DNA of 54,802 bases, counting the filler, from Calcarisporiella thermophila CBS 279.70 (Eukaryota > Fungi > Calcarisporiellomycota), in the NCBI RefSeq assembly GCF_041956535.1. It is 8 parts of 7 records of this genome, joined end to end, with 100 filler letters (N's around TTAATTAATTAA, not from the genome) between each part and the next. Parts side by side here need not be neighbours in the genome. Positions count along the whole stretch, not along the records: positions 44,928 to 54,802 come from NW_027192229.1; 7 more parts are not named here. The stretch is one strand, 5' to 3'. Made by a program: the position numbers and the translations under genes. Position 1 is the first letter of the stretch. Every line of letters starts with the position of its first letter. The notes beneath the pieces were generated by a model that was given only the letters and a program-made list of their open reading frames with translations, was not told the DNA's origin and searched no databases. Positions 50,513 through 54,802 of the stretch are shown here, piece after piece.

Positions 50513-51771
50513 ATGACAGAGATGAGAACTATAGATATTATCTATGTTGTTGGTCAATCATGTTATTTCAATAAGGATTTGGCGGCTGTGAAAAAAATGA
50601 ATGTGGATTGTACTAATTGTATGGGTGGGCCAGTGACCGCTGGATATACTGGGATAGTTCAACCTGGGAATACCATTTCCTTCATGCTAATCTTAGAGAA
50701 TGGAATGGTCGCAGTTGGTGATTGCGCCGATGCAATTTACTCTGGGCACGCTGGAAGGGATCCGCTGTTCATTCCGTCTGACCATATGCATATACTAAAG
50801 TCAACTGTACGTTCATGGCTGATGGGTCGCAGCGTTCTTCAATTTCGTCCCAATGCAGAAGAAATCGATAAACTAAGAATCGATGGTATCCAACTTCACA
50901 CAGCACTGCGCTATGGTCTCACCCAGGCACTATTGAATTCCACTGCCCTCGCTATGTGTCGCACCATGGCAGAAGTAATTAGTGAAGAATATGGCATTTT
51001 AATCAGATTAAAGCCAATAGATATTTTGGCCTCTTGCCATCGCGGTGACAACAAGCAATTGGACCGGATGATCCTCAAGCGAGTTGCAATGCTTCCTCAT
51101 GCTTCATTTAACGTGGTGGAAGACCTTGGGACACAAGGCATGGTACTATTAGATTACGCCCGTGATATTTCTACCCGTATTCGCGAGTTGGGGGATATTG
51201 ATTACAAGCCACGTATTCATCTAGATGTTTATGGCACGCTTGGAGAATTTTTCAACTACAATATTGATGCATTGAGCGAATATCTTGGCCAATTGGCGAG
51301 GGCTGCTCAACCCATTGAATTGTTGATAGAGTCACCTATAATTGCAAAAAGCCGCAAAGCGCAAATCGATATATGTCGACGACTGCGTGCTACATTGCGT
51401 GCCAGTAACATTACCATTAAACTGGTTGAGACGAATGGTGCAACACGGTGGAAGATATTCGTGAATTCACCAATGCTGAAACTACAGACTATATTCATAT
51501 TAAAACCCCAGATTTAGGTGGCATCAACAACACGATTGAAGCAATACTATACTGCAATTCCCTTGGAATGGGCTGCTGTCTTGGCGGCACTGCAAACGAA
51601 ACGGACCCCTCTGCCCGCATATGCGCTCATATTGGACTGGCAACCAATCCAGATTTTATGCTATCTAAGCCTGGATTGGGTGGAGACGAAGGTGTAATGA
51701 TTCTGAAAAATGAGATGTTGCGCACCATCAGCCTGGTTCAAAGACGTAGAGAATTAAGAAGTAAAAAATAA
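50513..51771 (+). pseudogene. mal: Methylaspartate ammonia-lyase-like enzyme (enolase superfamily); one 1-nt frameshift at ~51428
   Basis: GDCA...YSG..GRDPLF, LHTALRYGLTQALL, MILK.V..LPHA, HLDVYGT, IESP, DEWCNT.EDI, IKTPDLGG, GGT.NETD.SA, KPG.G.DEG, NEM.RT. Confidence 0.92.
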
Positions 51772-53046
51772 AATATAGCCATTCATAAGTGATGCAGAGC
51801 GACTAATAGCTTATGAGGATCAATACGACGAAGTATTTATGATTGAATACCATATTTTTTATTTAGGTGGTTGTATTTAATGGTTAGATAATTGAAACTC
51901 ACTTTAAACTTGATTTTTACTAATTAATATTGCGCATATGATGTTAGTAGAGGCAAGAAAAGTAAAAAGAACTTGATATTCGTGAGCCAGAAGTTCTCGG
52001 GAAATATGTAAGAGTTGTGGAATGAACGTTCATATCTATAATTCTACTCGTTCACAATCATTTCAATACAGCTCAATCTTGGGAAATACAATCGGCTCAA
52101 GTTCACAACCAGGATACTATCATTCATAACTTACTATTCTAATTACAAATATTCTAATCCAAGGAGTCATATTAGCGAGTTTCTCTCTCTTCAGGTTCGG
52201 TCATAGAATTTATTAAAAGATACACTGTTTATACTACCCTAGCCAGACCTATGTCAGATCTCCATTATATTTGCTAGTTTTGGAAAAAATTGCACATATA
52301 ATGTGCTCTACTCCAATTAACTGCAGTTCTTTCAGATAATAATATATTACTAAGATGCTTTTATGAACTTGATTTCCCAGTTGACTTGGCAGTTCCATTC
52401 CTTCAAACTAAATTAAAAATGCTTAGGTTACATAATTGATTAATAAGAGGCTTTAGCTTATATTATAATCAGCTAGATGGCGAGATAATGTTCTAGAATG
52501 CATAATCTACCAAGTTTATGAGCATATGGTCAAAATACTTTACATATGACACCAGTTCCCCCTGCCTTTACCCATAACACTCTGTATACTGTCTGGTTGG
52601 TTAAGAATTAATAGTATCACACGATATCATATACTATTTAGGAAAACTGAAACATACCAAAGCTTTACTTCTCTAGAATCTTCCATGACAATTGGATAGA
52701 ATTTCGGAATCGAAGACGCTTGGAGAGATTCTCTGATCGAATTTTCTCTTATCAACTTCGTGAGTTGATTCGTTTTGAAGCTTTACGGATTCCAAAGTAT
52801 TTGGAAACACCGGCTAGGTGACGAGTTGACATTACTGATTAAAAATCCCTTATTTTAAAAAATCCAAGCTATTTGGTAATTTCAAAATAATAAATTCCAA
52901 AATGAAAAACTTGAAAAACAAATAAAAAATTACCTCGGCTTATCATTCGGCATAGGCATCCTAGAAAATTTTAAATCATTTTCGATAGTATAAATACAGG
53001 GCGTAGTTACATTTTTAACCTCAATTTAAACAAGTTTTGTAACAAT

Positions 53047-53571
53047 ATGAAAGCTGGCCTCTTTTTGACTTCCATTGCATTCGCTCTTCCATTTGGCCTA
53101 GGACAACTACGTGATGAAACCCAGTATTTTTGCGGTGCATTTGGGAATGCCAATTCTGCAGCCACCTTTTCTTTCCGAATTTTTGACCGCCACCCAACTG
53201 TCGGATGGGCATGCACTACAATAAATAATGGCGTCAGAATCACTCCCAACATGAACCCTACGAGTCTCACCTCTGATGACATCGGTGATTTCTGCAGCAC
53301 GTCTACCTGTGAGCCCAGTAAGCTAACGTTCTATAAAAACGAGATCAAGGCGGACACCGATTTGATTAAGCAATGCAGCAATATGAATGCCGATTTTATT
53401 GGCAATATCACTCAGGTTCTTAAAGACAAAGGTTGTGTGAAAAGCGAGGGAACAGATTCCGATGACCCCACTCGAAAATTCCTAGTACTTCATGAGAACA
53501 CCGATAAAGTGAACTGTTGGACCTGGCCTGACAAGCTAAATAATTACAACAGCATATTCCGATGCAGTTAA
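53047..53571 (+). CDS. Small secreted cysteine-rich protein (174 aa, 8 Cys)
   Basis: Signal-peptide-like MKAGLFLTSIAFALPFGLG, TATAAATA at ~52989, no recognisable domain. Confidence 0.75.
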   Translation: MKAGLFLTSIAFALPFGLGQLRDETQYFCGAFGNANSAATFSFRIFDRHPTVGWACTTINNGVRITPNMNPTSLTSDDIGDFCSTSTCEPSKLTFYKNEIKADTDLIKQCSNMNADFIGNITQVLKDKGCVKSEGTDSDDPTRKFLVLHENTDKVNCWTWPDKLNNYNSIFRCS

Positions 53572-54201
53572 ATAGATCCTATGAGTTTCTAAGAAATTGC
53601 ACCTATCATATTTACAAGTAGGTTCATACAACCCACTTGTTCAATTAATTAGTAAGCCGGATAGATTGTATGATTTAATATAGAATTTGAAATAAATTCA
53701 TAGTAATTAGTAGGTTAAATAAAACAAATTCTTACTCTATTACAATCGGAATTTACAACATAAAGTTTGAGAAGTTTAATCACAGTAGTTAAGTAACCCT
53801 AAGTGCAACTTACCTACCATTTAAATCACTAGTACCCTATAAGAATTGCACTTTAATTAGTGCGATATTCGAACTTTTTATCATAATTGCAAGTGCCATT
53901 CTATAGATTTGTCTGCACGGATATGGCCATTGTCCATTAGTTTATTTAATTAATCACTATCTTATTGAATAATATTAACACTCTCAATATAGACCGCGTG
54001 TTAGTTGAATAAAACCAATATTAATAAAATATAGGATTTGCTAATACCATTGCCTAGTTTTGGAGGCCCTCCTAATTGGGCTGTTAACCAAATGAAATGC
54101 AGGCTATACATTCATTGTCAAAGATCATTTAGTATGCTCACATTTGACTGCGCCACTTTATTACTCAACCAGCAAAATATAAGAGATTAGCCTTCATAGG
54201 C

Positions 54202-54680
54202 TGGGCCAATGCCCTTTAGGCATCGTGCCCAAGGTTCTCTCCCTGGATGGTATCTGCTCCTTCGGAGCCCAAATCGTGCTTTATTCATAGTTACAGAAAA
54301 TAATAATAAAATATAAAAAAGTATAAAATTGGAGTAAAATATTGATCAAATTTTTTCCAAATTGCTGTTTTTAGAATTGTAAAAAGTAATAATACTGAAA
54401 ACAAAGTTATTTAAAAACGGTGTCTGCTCTCCTTGTTCCCTAGCTTTTTCGAAGCCTCCGAATCGTGCGCTAAGAATTAGTAATCCTCTACACTTGACAA
54501 CAATCAACAATGAGCAAGCCCTGGAGCAGATCTTCGACAGACTGGAGCAATTGGAACGACAATATGAACGTCGACAAAATAGAAGAGGCCAGCAATACGA
54601 AGACGAAACAGAGGACTTCCACTCTGACAATGGTCCAGAAGAAGAGGAAGAAAAGTTGGTTTCCTGTAACAGGACGACCT
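54202..54680 (+). mobile_element. Left end and gag start of another DIRS copy
   Basis: 54230-54582 is nearly identical to 7050-7404. 54202-54251 is the reverse complement of ~9005-9053. Confidence 0.88.
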
Positions 54681-54802
54681 ACTTGCAGTACTTTCCATTA
54701 TTATGTGACGGTTGATTTCATTCATCATACTACAAAAAACTATAAAACAAATATTAAAAAGGTAATAATAAACTCAAAATAAGTATGATGAATGAAATTA
54801 AC

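Noticed and set aside
50513-51771. MAL as a precursor supplier for the NRPS
   Set aside because: Different contig, frameshifted, and the A-domain code does not look Asp-like.
628-54782. Numerous short antisense or overlapping ORFs in the track
   Set aside because: They are shadows of real exons or transposons, or AT-rich chance ORFs with no motifs.

Overview
Eukaryotic, AT-rich, intron-containing DNA. Gene content suggests an early-diverging fungus, but that is inference. The window is not contiguous: it is 8 contigs joined by seven artificial 100-bp spacers (44N-TTAATTAATTAA-44N), so adjacency across spacers is unproven. Genes: three paralogous ABCB/MDR transporters; three NRPS fragments (one 5' half-C/A start and two 3' ends that finish in a fused FSH1/LovG-type serine hydrolase instead of a normal release domain); a multi-intron cytochrome P450; tRNA-Leu(AAG); an intronless 819-aa orphan with terpene-synthase-like motifs; and a small Cys-rich secreted protein. 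The last contig carries bacterial-type genes: an intron-containing HemG-like flavodoxin, a caspase-like peptidase with one stop, and a divergent methylaspartate ammonia-lyase with one frameshift. A (CCTAA)n = TTAGG telomeric tract opens one contig. Transposon material includes DIRS, two Tc1 families, Ty3/Gypsy, a LINE 3' end and a Helitron-like end. The best candidate for a new system is the NRPS-FSH1 fusion family associated with amplified ABCB exporters.
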